This document shows positions 35,415 through 45,764 of a stretch of DNA of 55,507 nt, one piece after another. The notes under the pieces are model-generated. The model worked only from the letters and a program-made list of their open reading frames with translations. It was not told the DNA's origin and ran no database searches. Positions within the stretch are counted from its first letter, which is position 1, and every line of letters begins with the position of its first letter. The position numbers and the translations under genes are program-made. This DNA comes from a candidate division WOR-3 bacterium (GTDB lineage Bacteria > Hydrothermota > Hydrothermia > LBFQ01 > DSFT01): positions 1 to 55,507 of the forward strand of contig CBFGJN010000003.1 of NCBI GenBank assembly GCA_965649115.1. Direction: 5' to 3'.

Positions 35415-37397
35415 TTAAAAGTTTATAATTTTGCTTTTATAATTTAAATTTCCTCTTATTTCAATGAAATATATACCTTTTGGTAAATTTAATGGCATTT
35501 CAATAAGGTTTTTATTAGTTTGTAAATTTTTACTTAAAACAATTCTTCCAGAACTATTGTAAATTTTTAATTCATAATTTCCAATTCTTGGAATTGAAAG
35601 TTTTAATTTATTATCCTTAATTTTGACAGATATAAATTCATTTTCAGGAATAAGGGCTACTGATGTTTGGTCAATATAGTGATTTGGATAATCAGGAATT
35701 ATTGTTGTAGGCTCTTTTATAAAATTAAAATAAAATGTTTGACTTGAAAGTGAATCTATATTTATTGTAGTATCAATTTGACTATTATCTGAAAATTTTA
35801 TTCTTATTGGATATTTTGGTATTTTGAACCTTGCCCAATTGTTAGGTTGATTTTGATTTACTTTAATATAAAAATCATAAGTTGAGCCATTGAAATTCTT
35901 TGATATTAAAAATTGAAATTGTGGATGTCCTGGCTTAAATATCCATTGATTGAAGAAATAACCTATGGATGTATCCTTATTTTCATTATTCAAGAATTCT
36001 TTAATGTCATTTTCAAAATCAATAATTCTTGCATAGGAAAATTTTCTCTTATTTCCATAATATCTTAATGCTTCAAAAAACTTATTATCACCCGTAGCAC
36101 TATCGTTGTAAATAACTCTAAATAACAATCTTAAAGCATGTAAAACAGCACTTCCTTTACTATAAGTTATATTCCCGTCAAAAACATCACCGAGACTTGG
36201 TCCTGGATTGTAAATTGGTTTGTTATAATCACCATAATTTAAATATCTGTTTATATCGCCATGTATTTGTCCTAAATATCCTCTATTGTTTCCATAGTCA
36301 CCATAACCCAAATTATTCTCATCATAAATTGCTTCTGAAAATGTTGCAAAACTTTCATTTATAAAAATATCTTTAAATGTAGCACAAGTTACCATATTAC
36401 CCCACCAGTGATGTGAAAGTTCATGAGCACTTAAAATTTCATAATTCGTAGCTATTGTAAATGTATTTGTTTGATTTTCCATAGCACCACCAAAGAAACC
36501 TTGAAATATCTGAACTTCCGCATACTTTTCATCATAAAATGGATAAATTCCATATTTGTTAGAAAAGATTGTAAGTTGATTTGGTAAATATGATGAAGGA
36601 CCATTATTATTTGGACCTAAGTAATGATAAATAGGCATAGATATATTATTGTAATTCCAAGTTTGAGTTTGGATTGTAAATTGATTTGAGGAAGCAAAAA
36701 CTATTAAATAGGGAGCTATTGGATGGCCTTCTTTATAATGATAAGTTATCCAATTTCCTTCAATTATTGAATCAATAAGTTTTCCATTTGCTATTGTTTT
36801 CCAACCAATTTTCGTTTTAATTTTAGCATCTACTATTTGAGCCTTTTCATATGGTAAATCAAAGCTTGGTAGCCATCTTCTCAATCCAAAAGGTTCATTA
36901 TCCGCATAAACAATATCATTCTGCTTTAAGTCAAGACCTCCACCAAATGAAGAGCCTGCTCTATTTGTTATTCCATGATAGTAAATTTCCACTCTAAAAC
37001 TATCATTAGGGTTTATTGTAGAAGGAAATTTTACTATTATTAAAGTATCACCAGGTGTGTAATAATTGAAAGGTTTGTAATTCCCGTTATGGAAAAATTT
37101 AATAGAATCAATAATCAAATTGTTTTTAACTGTATCAGTCCAATACGGAACAACATAAAAACCTTTTATAAAATGAAGGTAGATACTATCAGTTGGATCA
37201 ATTGCTTTAAATGTGATTTTATTATAAGCATTTAGAATAGGCCTTAAATTTTGGGCATTTTTTATGCTATCTATCCATATAAAATAATCGTACTTTATAA
37301 CCTTGAAGGTCTTATATTCAACATCTGGCCAAGTATAGGATAGAATTTCAATTTTTTGAAGGTTCTTTTCAGGAATAAAAGTAAGTAGATAAAACAT
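35415..37397 (-). CDS. M1 family zinc aminopeptidase with T9SS-type CTD
   Basis: GAMEN, HELSHHWWG + NESFATFSE, YSKG; C-terminus LKIYNSSGR..LPKGIYFIEI. Confidence 0.92.
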   Translation of the reverse strand: MFYLLTFIPEKNLQKIEILSYTWPDVEYKTFKVIKYDYFIWIDSIKNAQNLRPILNAYNKITFKAIDPTDSIYLHFIKGFYVVPYWTDTVKNNLIIDSIKFFHNGNYKPFNYYTPGDTLIIVKFPSTINPNDSFRVEIYYHGITNRAGSSFGGGLDLKQNDIVYADNEPFGLRRWLPSFDLPYEKAQIVDAKIKTKIGWKTIANGKLIDSIIEGNWITYHYKEGHPIAPYLIVFASSNQFTIQTQTWNYNNISMPIYHYLGPNNNGPSSYLPNQLTIFSNKYGIYPFYDEKYAEVQIFQGFFGGAMENQTNTFTIATNYEILSAHELSHHWWGNMVTCATFKDIFINESFATFSEAIYDENNLGYGDYGNNRGYLGQIHGDINRYLNYGDYNKPIYNPGPSLGDVFDGNITYSKGSAVLHALRLLFRVIYNDSATGDNKFFEALRYYGNKRKFSYARIIDFENDIKEFLNNENKDTSIGYFFNQWIFKPGHPQFQFLISKNFNGSTYDFYIKVNQNQPNNWARFKIPKYPIRIKFSDNSQIDTTINIDSLSSQTFYFNFIKEPTTIIPDYPNHYIDQTSVALIPENEFISVKIKDNKLKLSIPRIGNYELKIYNSSGRIVLSKNLQTNKNLIEMPLNLPKGIYFIEIRGNLNYKSKIINF

Positions 37398-37403
37398 TTT
37401 GAA

Positions 37404-37409
37404 ATTTTA
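37404..37409 (-). promoter_or_regulatory. -10-like box CCCT-TAAAAT
   Basis: 6 nt before ATG 37397. Confidence 0.65.
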
Positions 37410-37423
37410 AGGGATAATTTTTT

Positions 37424-37627
37424 TGCTGTGTCTAGTAATTCTAAAAACTATTTATTTTACTATATTTTCCCACCCACCCTGAAATTAAGCTTTCAGCTTA
37501 AAAATACCCATTCTTATGCCTTGGGGGGCTTCGCCCCCCATTAAACCCCCGTAAAATCAATAATTCCAATAAAATTTTTATAAGATATTGATTATCAATT
37601 ACTTAACACTATTTATTGGACAAAGCA
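37424..37627 (+). mobile_element. Full-length MITE-like element, copy L (204 bp)
   Basis: TGCTGTGTCTAGTAAT...TTATTGGACAAAGCA; AAGCT-TTC-AGCTT; GGGGGGC-TTC-GCCCCCC. Confidence 0.92.
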
Positions 37628-37635
37628 AGAGTTAG

Positions 37636-37815
37636 TGCTTTGTCTAGTAATTCTAAAATTATGATTATTTCTATCTTTCCCCACCCACCCTAATAATAAG
37701 CCTTCGGCTTGAAAATATCCATATTTCGGCAGAGGGGGCAAAAATCAATAATTTCCTTTAAATTTTTATAAGTTATTGATTGTCAAGCATTTAAAACTAT
37801 TTACTAGACAAAGCA
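37636..37815 (+). mobile_element. MITE-like element, copy M (tandem with L)
   Basis: TGCTTTGTCTAGTAA / TTACTAGACAAAGCA perfect 15-bp TIR; 8 bp from L; L+M flanked by TAATTTTTT direct repeats. Confidence 0.92.
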
Positions 37816-37904
37816 TAATTTTTTTGCCTTCAAATTAAACCTTAAGTAATTTGAGCAAACCTCACCCATTCTAAAAATAAGGTGGAGACTTGAAAGTAAT
37901 ATTT

Positions 37905-38798
37905 CTATTTTACAGCTATTCCTACTAATGGCAAATGATTATCTAATTTTTCGTTTTTTAAATAGTTTTCAAGATCAAGGACAATTTTTTCAGGAATTTT
38001 ATAGTCATAGTAAATTGCACTTCCAACACTTATAAATAAAGCACCTGCAAATATATATTCAAGGGCATCTTTATAATCAAATATCCCTCCAAGTCCGATA
38101 ATCGGGCATTTAAAAGCTTTATATGTTTCATAAACTTTTTTTAAAATAATTGGTTTTACTGCTTTACCTGAAAAACCACAAAAAACTCTTTCAAAATAAG
38201 GTTTTTTCTTTTCAATATCTATTTTTATTCCAACTGGACTATTTGCCAAGTTTATAATATCAGCACCATAATTCAAAGCAACTTCAACATAAGGCAATAT
38301 ATTACCTTCTGGAGAAAATTTAACAATTATTGGTTTTTTAGTTATATTTTTTGCATTCTTTAAAATGTACTTTATTGATTGCTCACTAAAACAAAACAAA
38401 CCTCCTTCAACATTCGGACAAGATAAATTCAATTCAAATAATGATATTTTTTCAAGTTTATTTAGTTTTTCTAAATTTTCTAAGAATTCATCTTCATCAT
38501 GACCTGCTATTGAACAAATTAAAATTGTTTCAAAATTTTGAAATTTTGGATAAACTTCATTTATAAATTTATCTACACCAGGATTTTTCAATCCAACAGA
38601 ATTATAAACAACATATTCTTCAATAAGGATATTTGGAGGTGGATTTCCAATTCTTTCATTTTTTGTTAAACTTTTAAATGTTATTGCACCAAGCATTTGG
38701 AAATTTATTTTTCCGAGATATTCCTCACCAAACCACCAAGGACCTGATGCCAAAACTACGGGATTTTTAAATTCTAAATTTAAAAATTTAAATTTCAT
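37905..38798 (-). CDS. pyrD: Dihydroorotate dehydrogenase, class 1 catalytic subunit
   Basis: NPVVLASG, NSVGLKNPG, ELNLSCPNV, PIIVKFSP, PIIGLGGI. Confidence 0.9.
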   Translation of the reverse strand: MKFKFLNLEFKNPVVLASGPWWFGEEYLGKINFQMLGAITFKSLTKNERIGNPPPNILIEEYVVYNSVGLKNPGVDKFINEVYPKFQNFETILICSIAGHDEDEFLENLEKLNKLEKISLFELNLSCPNVEGGLFCFSEQSIKYILKNAKNITKKPIIVKFSPEGNILPYVEVALNYGADIINLANSPVGIKIDIEKKKPYFERVFCGFSGKAVKPIILKKVYETYKAFKCPIIGLGGIFDYKDALEYIFAGALFISVGSAIYYDYKIPEKIVLDLENYLKNEKLDNHLPLVGIAVK

Positions 38799-39712
38799 TT
38801 TTTATCAAGATTTATGAAGTTTGGTTTATCAGATATTATGACTTGGACTTTATCTGATAATTTATCAACATAAAGATAATCAATGTATTTTGGATTTTGA
38901 TTTAGTGCTTTTGCTATAATTTCAATTTCCTGTGCCTTTGATTGAGCTTGAATTTTTCTTTTTTGAGCTTCAAGTTCTTCTGATTGAAGTTCATATTTTA
39001 ATTTTTCTGCTTTTTGTTTTGATATTGCTATTTCCTCAATTGTTTTAAGAAATTCTGGTGTTACCTTAACTTCCTCAATTGAAACGCTATTTATATAAAT
39101 TCCATAATTTCTAAATTTTTCATTTAAAGCATTTCTTATATTTTCAGAAAATTCTTTCTTGGCAGTTGTCCAAATTTCTACTGCTTGATATTTTGATAAT
39201 TCAATTTTTGTAATTGACTTTGTTTCTGATTCAATTATCTGGTTATAATTACTATTTCCTAATAATTTATGAAGCTTTATTATATTAGAAGTATCTATTG
39301 AATACCAAATTCTTAAATCCAATCCAATTTGAACACCATCCGAACTTGAAGACCATATTGTAAATGGTTTTTGAGTAGGAAAAACTTTTATTTTGCTATC
39401 ATATATACTAACCTCATTTATAAATGGTACATTAAAGCTTATTCCTCCTTTATAAATATAATAGTTCCCAGTAATTGAATTGTAAATCAATAAATAATTT
39501 TGAGATGAAGCAAACCTTATTGTAAAACCTATAAGGAATAAAATTATTGAAATTAAAATAGATGGAATTGCTTTTTTGGTAAATGTAAATTTACTTGTTG
39601 TTATAATTTCTCCTCCTTTTTCAACAAGGATTTCCTGCGAAGAATGTTTGAATATGCTATAAATCAAAATGATTATTGAAATTATGATTATAAAATAATT
39701 ATAGGCGCTCAT
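38795..39712 (-). CDS. SPFH/prohibitin domain membrane protein
   Basis: Two N-terminal TMs; SSDGVQIGLDL; FLKTIEEIAISKQKAEK. Confidence 0.85.
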   Translation of the reverse strand: MSAYNYFIIIISIIILIYSIFKHSSQEILVEKGGEIITTSKFTFTKKAIPSILISIILFLIGFTIRFASSQNYLLIYNSITGNYYIYKGGISFNVPFINEVSIYDSKIKVFPTQKPFTIWSSSSDGVQIGLDLRIWYSIDTSNIIKLHKLLGNSNYNQIIESETKSITKIELSKYQAVEIWTTAKKEFSENIRNALNEKFRNYGIYINSVSIEEVKVTPEFLKTIEEIAISKQKAEKLKYELQSEELEAQKRKIQAQSKAQEIEIIAKALNQNPKYIDYLYVDKLSDKVQVIISDKPNFINLDKK

Positions 39713-39719
39713 AAAGAAA

Positions 39720-39725
39720 ATTTTA
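39720..39725 (-). promoter_or_regulatory. -10-like box GCTT-TAAAAT
   Basis: 7 nt before ATG 39712, in the 36-nt gap after kup. Confidence 0.65.
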
Positions 39726-39748
39726 AAGCTGAAACAAAATGGATACTT

Positions 39749-41557
39749 TTATATAATAACACGACTTATTACACCGTGCATTTTATGTGAAGGAAAATTA
39801 TAGAATTCATCAAATCTTGGTGATATTCTCTTAATAAATGCATAAATTTTGTAAAACCATTTATCAGTTATAATTTCTTCAAATCCATAAAATATAACCT
39901 TTTCATCTATTCCACTTTCTTTCAATATTTCTTCAACATTAACAAATTCAAGATAGCCAAATTCAATTTTAAATAAATCTAATCCATAAAGTAATTCTTT
40001 TTCAAAACCAAATTTAATACCAAATGGTTCATCTTTTTTTACTAATGAAAGAAATACATTCCTTTCGTAAATTATAGCTTGATTGAACATTACATTTATA
40101 ACATAAGGAGGAACTTTTTGATAATCTCTTACTAAAAATACTGCTGTTCCCTTAATTTTGTTAGCATTTTCATAAACATTATTGAACATAATTTCAAATT
40201 CTTTGAAATCAATTGGTTGTAATTTTTCATAAACTTTTCTTTGTCCTTTTGTATAATTTATTATAATAAAAATTAGAAATATAGCAATAACGATAGGTAT
40301 ATAAGCACCACTTGGGATTTTTAAACTTCCCGAAAGAACAAACATTAAATCACAGATTGTTACAAAAACTGAAAGAACAAAAAAAATCCATTCCTTTTTA
40401 TAAAAATTCAAAATGGAAAGCAAAATTCCTGTTATTAGCATTGTTAAAGCTACTGAAAAACCATAAGCATGACCAAGATTTTCAGATTTCTTGAAAATAA
40501 GTACAACTAAAACTACACAAATAAATAAACTATAATTTACAAAACTTGAATAAATTTGCCCATATAGCTCTTTTGAAAGATGTTTAAATTTAATTCTTGG
40601 GAAAAGACCTAAGTTTGATGCTTGAAAAAATAATGAAAAAACTGCGGTTATAATAGCTTGGGAGGCTATTATGGTAGCAAGTATAGTTAGAATTAAAAAC
40701 GGAATATAAAGATATGGAAAATTCTCATTAAACATTTCAAAAAAAACATTTTGAGAATTTGGATTTTTTATCAAATAAACACCTTGTCCAAGATAATTAA
40801 GAACTAATGATGGAAAAACAAAAAAGAACCAAGATTTTTGAATTCTTTCTTTTCCAATATGACCTATATCAGAATATAATGCTTCACCTCCTGTTGCTGC
40901 AAGTATAACCTCTGATAAAACGATAAATGATAAAAACCCATTTTTTATTATAAATTCAATGGCAAATATAGGATTTAGAGCAATTAAAATGCTTGGCATT
41001 TTTATTGTTTCTAAAAGACCTACTATGAATAACGCTAAAAACCAAACTAACATTATAGGACTAAATGCTGGATAAATTTTATCTGCTCCACCTTTTTGGA
41101 TATAGAATAAAAATATAAATATAACTATTGTTATGGCTATTATAAAATTTTGGTCTAGATTTTGAAAATAACTTATGACTTTTATTCCTTCAACTGCACT
41201 TAATACTGAAATGGCAGGCGTTATAATACCATCACCTGCTAAAAAAGAAATTCCAAAATAAATAAGTAAAGAAATAAAAGAAACAACTCTTAAATTCTTT
41301 ATATTTTTTAGTGCTATTTCACCTAAAATTATTTGACCACCTTCACCTCTTATGCTAAAACGCATGGCTAAAAATGCATATTGAATTGAAACAATAATTA
41401 CAAGTGTCCAAAAAATCAGTGAAACAATACCATAAATATCTTCTTGTTTTGGTTTTGTAAGAAGAGCAATAATAGTTAAGGTGTATATAGGACTTGTCCC
41501 GATATCTCCAAATACAATTCCAAGAGGTCTAAAAATATCAGAAAAGAATTTTTTCAT
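39749..41557 (-). CDS. kup: KUP/HAK/KT potassium transporter
   Basis: LGIVFGDIGTSPIY, GEGG, GDGIITPAISVLSAVEG, GGEALYSDIGH. Confidence 0.96.
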   Translation of the reverse strand: MKKFFSDIFRPLGIVFGDIGTSPIYTLTIIALLTKPKQEDIYGIVSLIFWTLVIIVSIQYAFLAMRFSIRGEGGQIILGEIALKNIKNLRVVSFISLLIYFGISFLAGDGIITPAISVLSAVEGIKVISYFQNLDQNFIIAITIVIFIFLFYIQKGGADKIYPAFSPIMLVWFLALFIVGLLETIKMPSILIALNPIFAIEFIIKNGFLSFIVLSEVILAATGGEALYSDIGHIGKERIQKSWFFFVFPSLVLNYLGQGVYLIKNPNSQNVFFEMFNENFPYLYIPFLILTILATIIASQAIITAVFSLFFQASNLGLFPRIKFKHLSKELYGQIYSSFVNYSLFICVVLVVLIFKKSENLGHAYGFSVALTMLITGILLSILNFYKKEWIFFVLSVFVTICDLMFVLSGSLKIPSGAYIPIVIAIFLIFIIINYTKGQRKVYEKLQPIDFKEFEIMFNNVYENANKIKGTAVFLVRDYQKVPPYVINVMFNQAIIYERNVFLSLVKKDEPFGIKFGFEKELLYGLDLFKIEFGYLEFVNVEEILKESGIDEKVIFYGFEEIITDKWFYKIYAFIKRISPRFDEFYNFPSHKMHGVISRVII

Positions 41558-42564
41558 AGATATTCTTCAAAGTTCATGTTTTTTAACAAATTAACAATAT
41601 CTCTAACATTTTGAGCATTTTCTTTTGGTATAACTAGAACTGCATCTTTTGTTTTAACAATAATTAGATTTTCAACACCATAAACACCACAAATTCCATC
41701 TTTTGAAATTATTATACAATTTTTCGTATTAATTTTTGCCACTTTCCCAAGTATCACATTTCCATTTTCATCTTTTTTGAATATATTTTCAAGTGAAGTA
41801 TATAATCCTAAATCTTCCCATTCAAAACTTGCTTTGATTAGAGCGATATTGTCAGATTTTTCCATAATAGCATAATCAATTGATATATTTCTAACATTTT
41901 TATAAAATTCTAATTTGTTTTTTGAACTTTCAAAAGCTTGAATAATATCATAAGCAAATTTTTCATAAGCTTTTATAATTGTTTTTTTATTAAATATGAA
42001 CATTCCAGAATTCCAAAAGAAACTGCCTGATTGAATGTACTCTTTTGCTTTTTCAAAGGAGGGTTTTTCGTGAAATTTTTTTACTTTATAGACATTATTT
42101 CTTATTTCATCACTAACTTCAACATATCCAAACCCCGTTTCAATTCTCGTTGGTTTTATACCAAAGACAACAATATAATCCATTTTTGCAATTTCAATTC
42201 CTAAATTAACATCATCTTTAAAAGCTTGAAAATTTTTAATAATATGGTCGGATGTTTGAACAAAAATTATATCATCATCTTTAATTTTTAAATTTCTTAT
42301 TGAATAGTAAATAGCTGGTGCAGTATTTTTACCAAATGGTTCTATAATAAATTTAGCGTCTTTTATGATTTTCTTTATTTGTTTTTGAAGTTCTTGTGTC
42401 GTAATGATATATACCTCTCCAAAAAGTTTTGCTCTTTCATAAGCCTCTAAAATTAATGGTTTTCCAGTAAATAAATCTAATAATTGTTTTGGTTTATTTT
42501 TTCTTGAAAGGGGCCAAAATCTTTCTCCTTTTCCTCCTGCTAATATAAAAGAAAGGATTTTCAT
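41554..42564 (-). CDS. manC: Mannose-1-phosphate guanylyltransferase
   Basis: LAGGKGERFWPLSR..PKQ, EPFGKNTAPA, FHEKP, WNSGMF, SIDYAIMEK. Confidence 0.93.
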   Translation of the reverse strand: MKILSFILAGGKGERFWPLSRKNKPKQLLDLFTGKPLILEAYERAKLFGEVYIITTQELQKQIKKIIKDAKFIIEPFGKNTAPAIYYSIRNLKIKDDDIIFVQTSDHIIKNFQAFKDDVNLGIEIAKMDYIVVFGIKPTRIETGFGYVEVSDEIRNNVYKVKKFHEKPSFEKAKEYIQSGSFFWNSGMFIFNKKTIIKAYEKFAYDIIQAFESSKNKLEFYKNVRNISIDYAIMEKSDNIALIKASFEWEDLGLYTSLENIFKKDENGNVILGKVAKINTKNCIIISKDGICGVYGVENLIIVKTKDAVLVIPKENAQNVRDIVNLLKNMNFEEYL

Positions 42565-42575
42565 TAATTTTCAAA

Positions 42576-42581
42576 AGTTTA
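42576..42581 (-). promoter_or_regulatory. -10-like box CCTT-TAAACT
   Basis: 11 nt before manC ATG. Confidence 0.55.
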
Positions 42582-42653
42582 AAGGTTTATTGATAGAATT
42601 TTTTTCTTTTATTAGGGCTTTTTCCAATAAATAAGGCATTTTTTTCTTAACTT

Positions 42654-42659
42654 TAAAAT
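42654..42659 (+). promoter_or_regulatory. -10-like box ACTT-TAAAAT
   Basis: 7 nt before GTG 42667. Confidence 0.65.
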
Positions 42660-42666
42660 TTTCAAA

Positions 42667-43488
42667 GTGCTTTACTTTTTTAATGATGAATTTACAAATT
42701 CTGCTTACTTACCATTAGAAGAGAGGAGTGTAAATTTTGGGGATGGTGTTTATGAAGTAATTGTCACTTATAATTTTAGACCATTTAAGATAGATGAGCA
42801 TATAAATAGATTATTTTATAGTGCTGGGGAAATTTTTTTAAAAGTTCCATATAGTATTCAGGAAATAAAAACAATTATAGATGAAGGAATAAAGAAAATT
42901 TCAAAACCAAATTTAAAAATATATATTCAACTTTCAAGAGGTTCTTATGAAAGAACTCACGAATTTCCTCCAAGTTATATAAAACCAAACTTTTTTATAA
43001 TTTTTAGGGAATTTCAAAGAATTGAAGATAATATTAGATTTAAAGGTGTTAAATTATTTACCTATCCTGATATTAGGTGGGAAAGATGCGATATTAAAAG
43101 TTTAAATTTACTACCTAATGTTCTTGCTAAACAATTTTCAAGAAATAAAGGTGGATTTGAGGCTTTATTTATTAAGAATGGTAAAATTACTGAATGTGCT
43201 TCAAGTTCATTTTTTGCATTTATAGATGATAAGTTAATAACTCACCCTTTAACTAATGAAATTCTATCTGGTATTACAAGAAGTGAGGTTATAAACATAG
43301 CCAAAAGTCTAGGTTTTGAAGTTATTGAAAGACCTATTTTCATAAATGAAATTGAAAAAATTCAAGAATGCTTTATAACAAGTACAACTGCAGAAGTTTT
43401 ACCTATAATTAGTATTGATAATTATCAATTCCCTATTGGAGAAAGAACGCTTAAAATATATAATGAGTTTATAAAGAAAGTCTTATGA
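42667..43488 (+). CDS. Class IV aminotransferase, D-amino-acid aminotransferase-like
   Basis: FGDGVYE, HINRL, RCDIKSLNLL (PLP Lys), ILSGITR. Confidence 0.88.
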   Translation: MLYFFNDEFTNSAYLPLEERSVNFGDGVYEVIVTYNFRPFKIDEHINRLFYSAGEIFLKVPYSIQEIKTIIDEGIKKISKPNLKIYIQLSRGSYERTHEFPPSYIKPNFFIIFREFQRIEDNIRFKGVKLFTYPDIRWERCDIKSLNLLPNVLAKQFSRNKGGFEALFIKNGKITECASSSFFAFIDDKLITHPLTNEILSGITRSEVINIAKSLGFEVIERPIFINEIEKIQECFITSTTAEVLPIISIDNYQFPIGERTLKIYNEFIKKVL

Positions 43489-44465
43489 ATGTCTTAATAA
43501 CAGGAGGTGCAGGATATATAGGTAGTTTTATTGTTAAGGTATTAAAAAATGATTTTAATTTGCTTGTTATTGATTCACTTGAAGAAGGACACAAATGGGC
43601 TGTTAAAGATTGCCCATTAGTTGTAGGTGATATTTCAGATGAAAAAATTTTAAATGATATTTATGAGAATTTCAAGCCTGATGTTATTATTCATTGTGCT
43701 GCTTATGTTGTTGTTCCTGAATCAGTAAAAAATCCCTTTAAGTATTACGAGAATAATTTTTATAAATCTTTAAAGATGTTAAAATTCTTTTTAGAAAGAA
43801 AACTAAAATTTTTTATCTTTTCATCAACTTGTGCTGTATATGGTAATCCTAAATATATTCCTGTTGATGAAAATCATCCAATTGAACCAATTAACCCATA
43901 TGGATGGTCTAAGTTTTTCTTTGAAAAAGCAATAATGGATTTAAAAAATGTTTATGATTTTGAATATATTATTTTAAGGTACTTTAATGCTGCTGGTGCA
44001 AGTCTTGATGGAACACTTGGACAACACAAAAAAGACCCTCAGCATTTAATTTCAAGAATAATTAAAACAATTTTTGGGTTTTATGAAGAATTAAAGATTT
44101 ATGGAAACGATTATCCAACAAAAGATAGAACAGCAATAAGAGATTTTATTCATGTTGTTGATTTAGCAGAATTACACAAATTAGCACTTGAATATGTTAT
44201 AGAAACAAAGAAAAGTGATATATTCAATTTAGGTTATGGTAGAGGTTATAGTGTTCTTGAAGTTGTTGAAATGGCTAATAAAATTCTAAAACCTTTTAAA
44301 TATAGTTTTGCTCCAAGAAGAGAAGGAGACCCTGCTATTTTAATAAGTGATAATAAAAAAATTAAAACAGTACTTGGATTTAATCCAAAGTACAACGATA
44401 TGGAAATTATTCTAAAAACTGCATATAATTGGGAAAAATATAGAATTGAAAATGGATTAGATTGA
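43485..44465 (+). CDS. galE: UDP-glucose 4-epimerase
   Basis: TGGAGYIGS, VPESV, FSSTCAVYG, PYGWSK, LRYFNAAGA, RDFIHV. Confidence 0.95.
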   Translation: MNVLITGGAGYIGSFIVKVLKNDFNLLVIDSLEEGHKWAVKDCPLVVGDISDEKILNDIYENFKPDVIIHCAAYVVVPESVKNPFKYYENNFYKSLKMLKFFLERKLKFFIFSSTCAVYGNPKYIPVDENHPIEPINPYGWSKFFFEKAIMDLKNVYDFEYIILRYFNAAGASLDGTLGQHKKDPQHLISRIIKTIFGFYEELKIYGNDYPTKDRTAIRDFIHVVDLAELHKLALEYVIETKKSDIFNLGYGRGYSVLEVVEMANKILKPFKYSFAPRREGDPAILISDNKKIKTVLGFNPKYNDMEIILKTAYNWEKYRIENGLD

Positions 44466-44496
44466 AATTGGTATTACGCACAAATCAGTTTAAGGC

Positions 44497-44607
44497 TAAA
44501 AAATTATTTATTTTATTATTTATCCCCACCCACCCTATATTCAAGGCTCCGCCTTAAAAACCTCGCCCCCCTAAAAGCCCCCCATTATTTCAAGAATTCT
44601 GATAAGA
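44497..44607 (+). mobile_element. MITE-like repeat, internal copy N (no TIRs)
   Basis: CCCCACCCACCCTATATTC-AAGGC-TCC-GCCTT..CCTCGCCCCCC. Confidence 0.75.
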
Positions 44608-44645
44608 CTCTGCTCCCCATTAAATCCATAATTTTAAAAAACTTC

Positions 44646-45722
44646 TCATAAGTTATTGCAGATTGAAATTAATGTATCAACAATAATTTTACTTGGATAA
44701 AAACGTTTAAATTCTTTTTTTCTTCTAAAATTATAATAATTTTCAAAAAAATAATTTATTTTTTCATCTTTAAATTCAGAAAGAAAAGCAGTTTCATCTA
44801 AACCAACTTCTCTTTCCGTTCTTTCTCTCAATAGTAAACAAGGAACATTTAAATAATAAGTTTCTTCTTGGAGTCCTCCACCATCAGTTATTACAAAAGC
44901 ACTATCTCTAACTAAGTTCATAAAGGTTATGTAATCTAAATAACCCATAATTTCAATGTTTTGATTATTTTTTATAATATCGTAAAGTTTGAACTTTTTT
45001 AATTGAACTTCACTTGGTTTGTGAATTATGTATTTTACTTTTTTTAGTTTTGATGCTCTGATTATAATATCAATACATTTTTTGAATCTTTCTTTATTGT
45101 AAATTGTCTCTTGTCTGTGAATTGCAGATACAATATAATTAGAATTTCTTGGATCATCATCTTTTGGACGCACAAATTCGCAAAGTGTATCATAAACTGT
45201 ATTCTGAAAAGTATTAACAATAATTTTTTTCCCTTCGTACTTTTTTAAATTACTTTTAGCCCAATCAGAAGGCGGGAATAAAATATCTGAAAAATGAACA
45301 GAAATAATTCTAACTAATTCTTCTGGAAATGGATGAAATATATTAAATGACCTTAAACCTGATTCAATATGTGCAACTTTCATGTTAAATAATTTACCTA
45401 TGATTACTGCTAAAAGTGTTGATATTGTATCACCTTGAGTTATCAAAATTTTTTGATTTTTAATTTTGTTTTTATGCTTAAAAGCATTAATGATAACTTT
45501 TAAAATAAAAATTGGAATTTCATATACATTCTTTAAATCCTTTTGTTCGTTTCTTAAATTTAAATCTGGCTTTCTCAATCCAAATTTTTCTTCAAGAACT
45601 CTATTAAATGATGGTTGTTGATCAGTTTGAACATATAGATAATCTATCTTTCTCTTTTCAAGTTCTAACATTACTCCTGCCATTTTAATTAATTGTCCTT
45701 TTGTTCCAATTAAGATAACCAT
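44646..45722 (-). CDS. wecB: UDP-N-acetylglucosamine 2-epimerase family
   Basis: GTKGQLIKM (divergent), QGDT, HIESGLRS, PFPEE, HRQE, TDGGGLQEE. Confidence 0.85.
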   Translation of the reverse strand: MVILIGTKGQLIKMAGVMLELEKRKIDYLYVQTDQQPSFNRVLEEKFGLRKPDLNLRNEQKDLKNVYEIPIFILKVIINAFKHKNKIKNQKILITQGDTISTLLAVIIGKLFNMKVAHIESGLRSFNIFHPFPEELVRIISVHFSDILFPPSDWAKSNLKKYEGKKIIVNTFQNTVYDTLCEFVRPKDDDPRNSNYIVSAIHRQETIYNKERFKKCIDIIIRASKLKKVKYIIHKPSEVQLKKFKLYDIIKNNQNIEIMGYLDYITFMNLVRDSAFVITDGGGLQEETYYLNVPCLLLRERTEREVGLDETAFLSEFKDEKINYFFENYYNFRRKKEFKRFYPSKIIVDTLISICNNL

Positions 45723-45736
45723 AAAATAAATTGAAA

Positions 45737-45742
45737 ATTTTA
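45737..45742 (-). promoter_or_regulatory. -10-like box CTT-TAAAAT
   Basis: 14 nt before ATG 45722; 22 nt from MITE O. Confidence 0.55.
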
Positions 45743-45764
45743 AAGATAAATAAACCTTATAAAT

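Noticed and set aside
37858-37890. Possible terminator after pyrD (CTCACC...GGTGGAG)
   Set aside because: The stem is imperfect with a long loop and no clear U tract.
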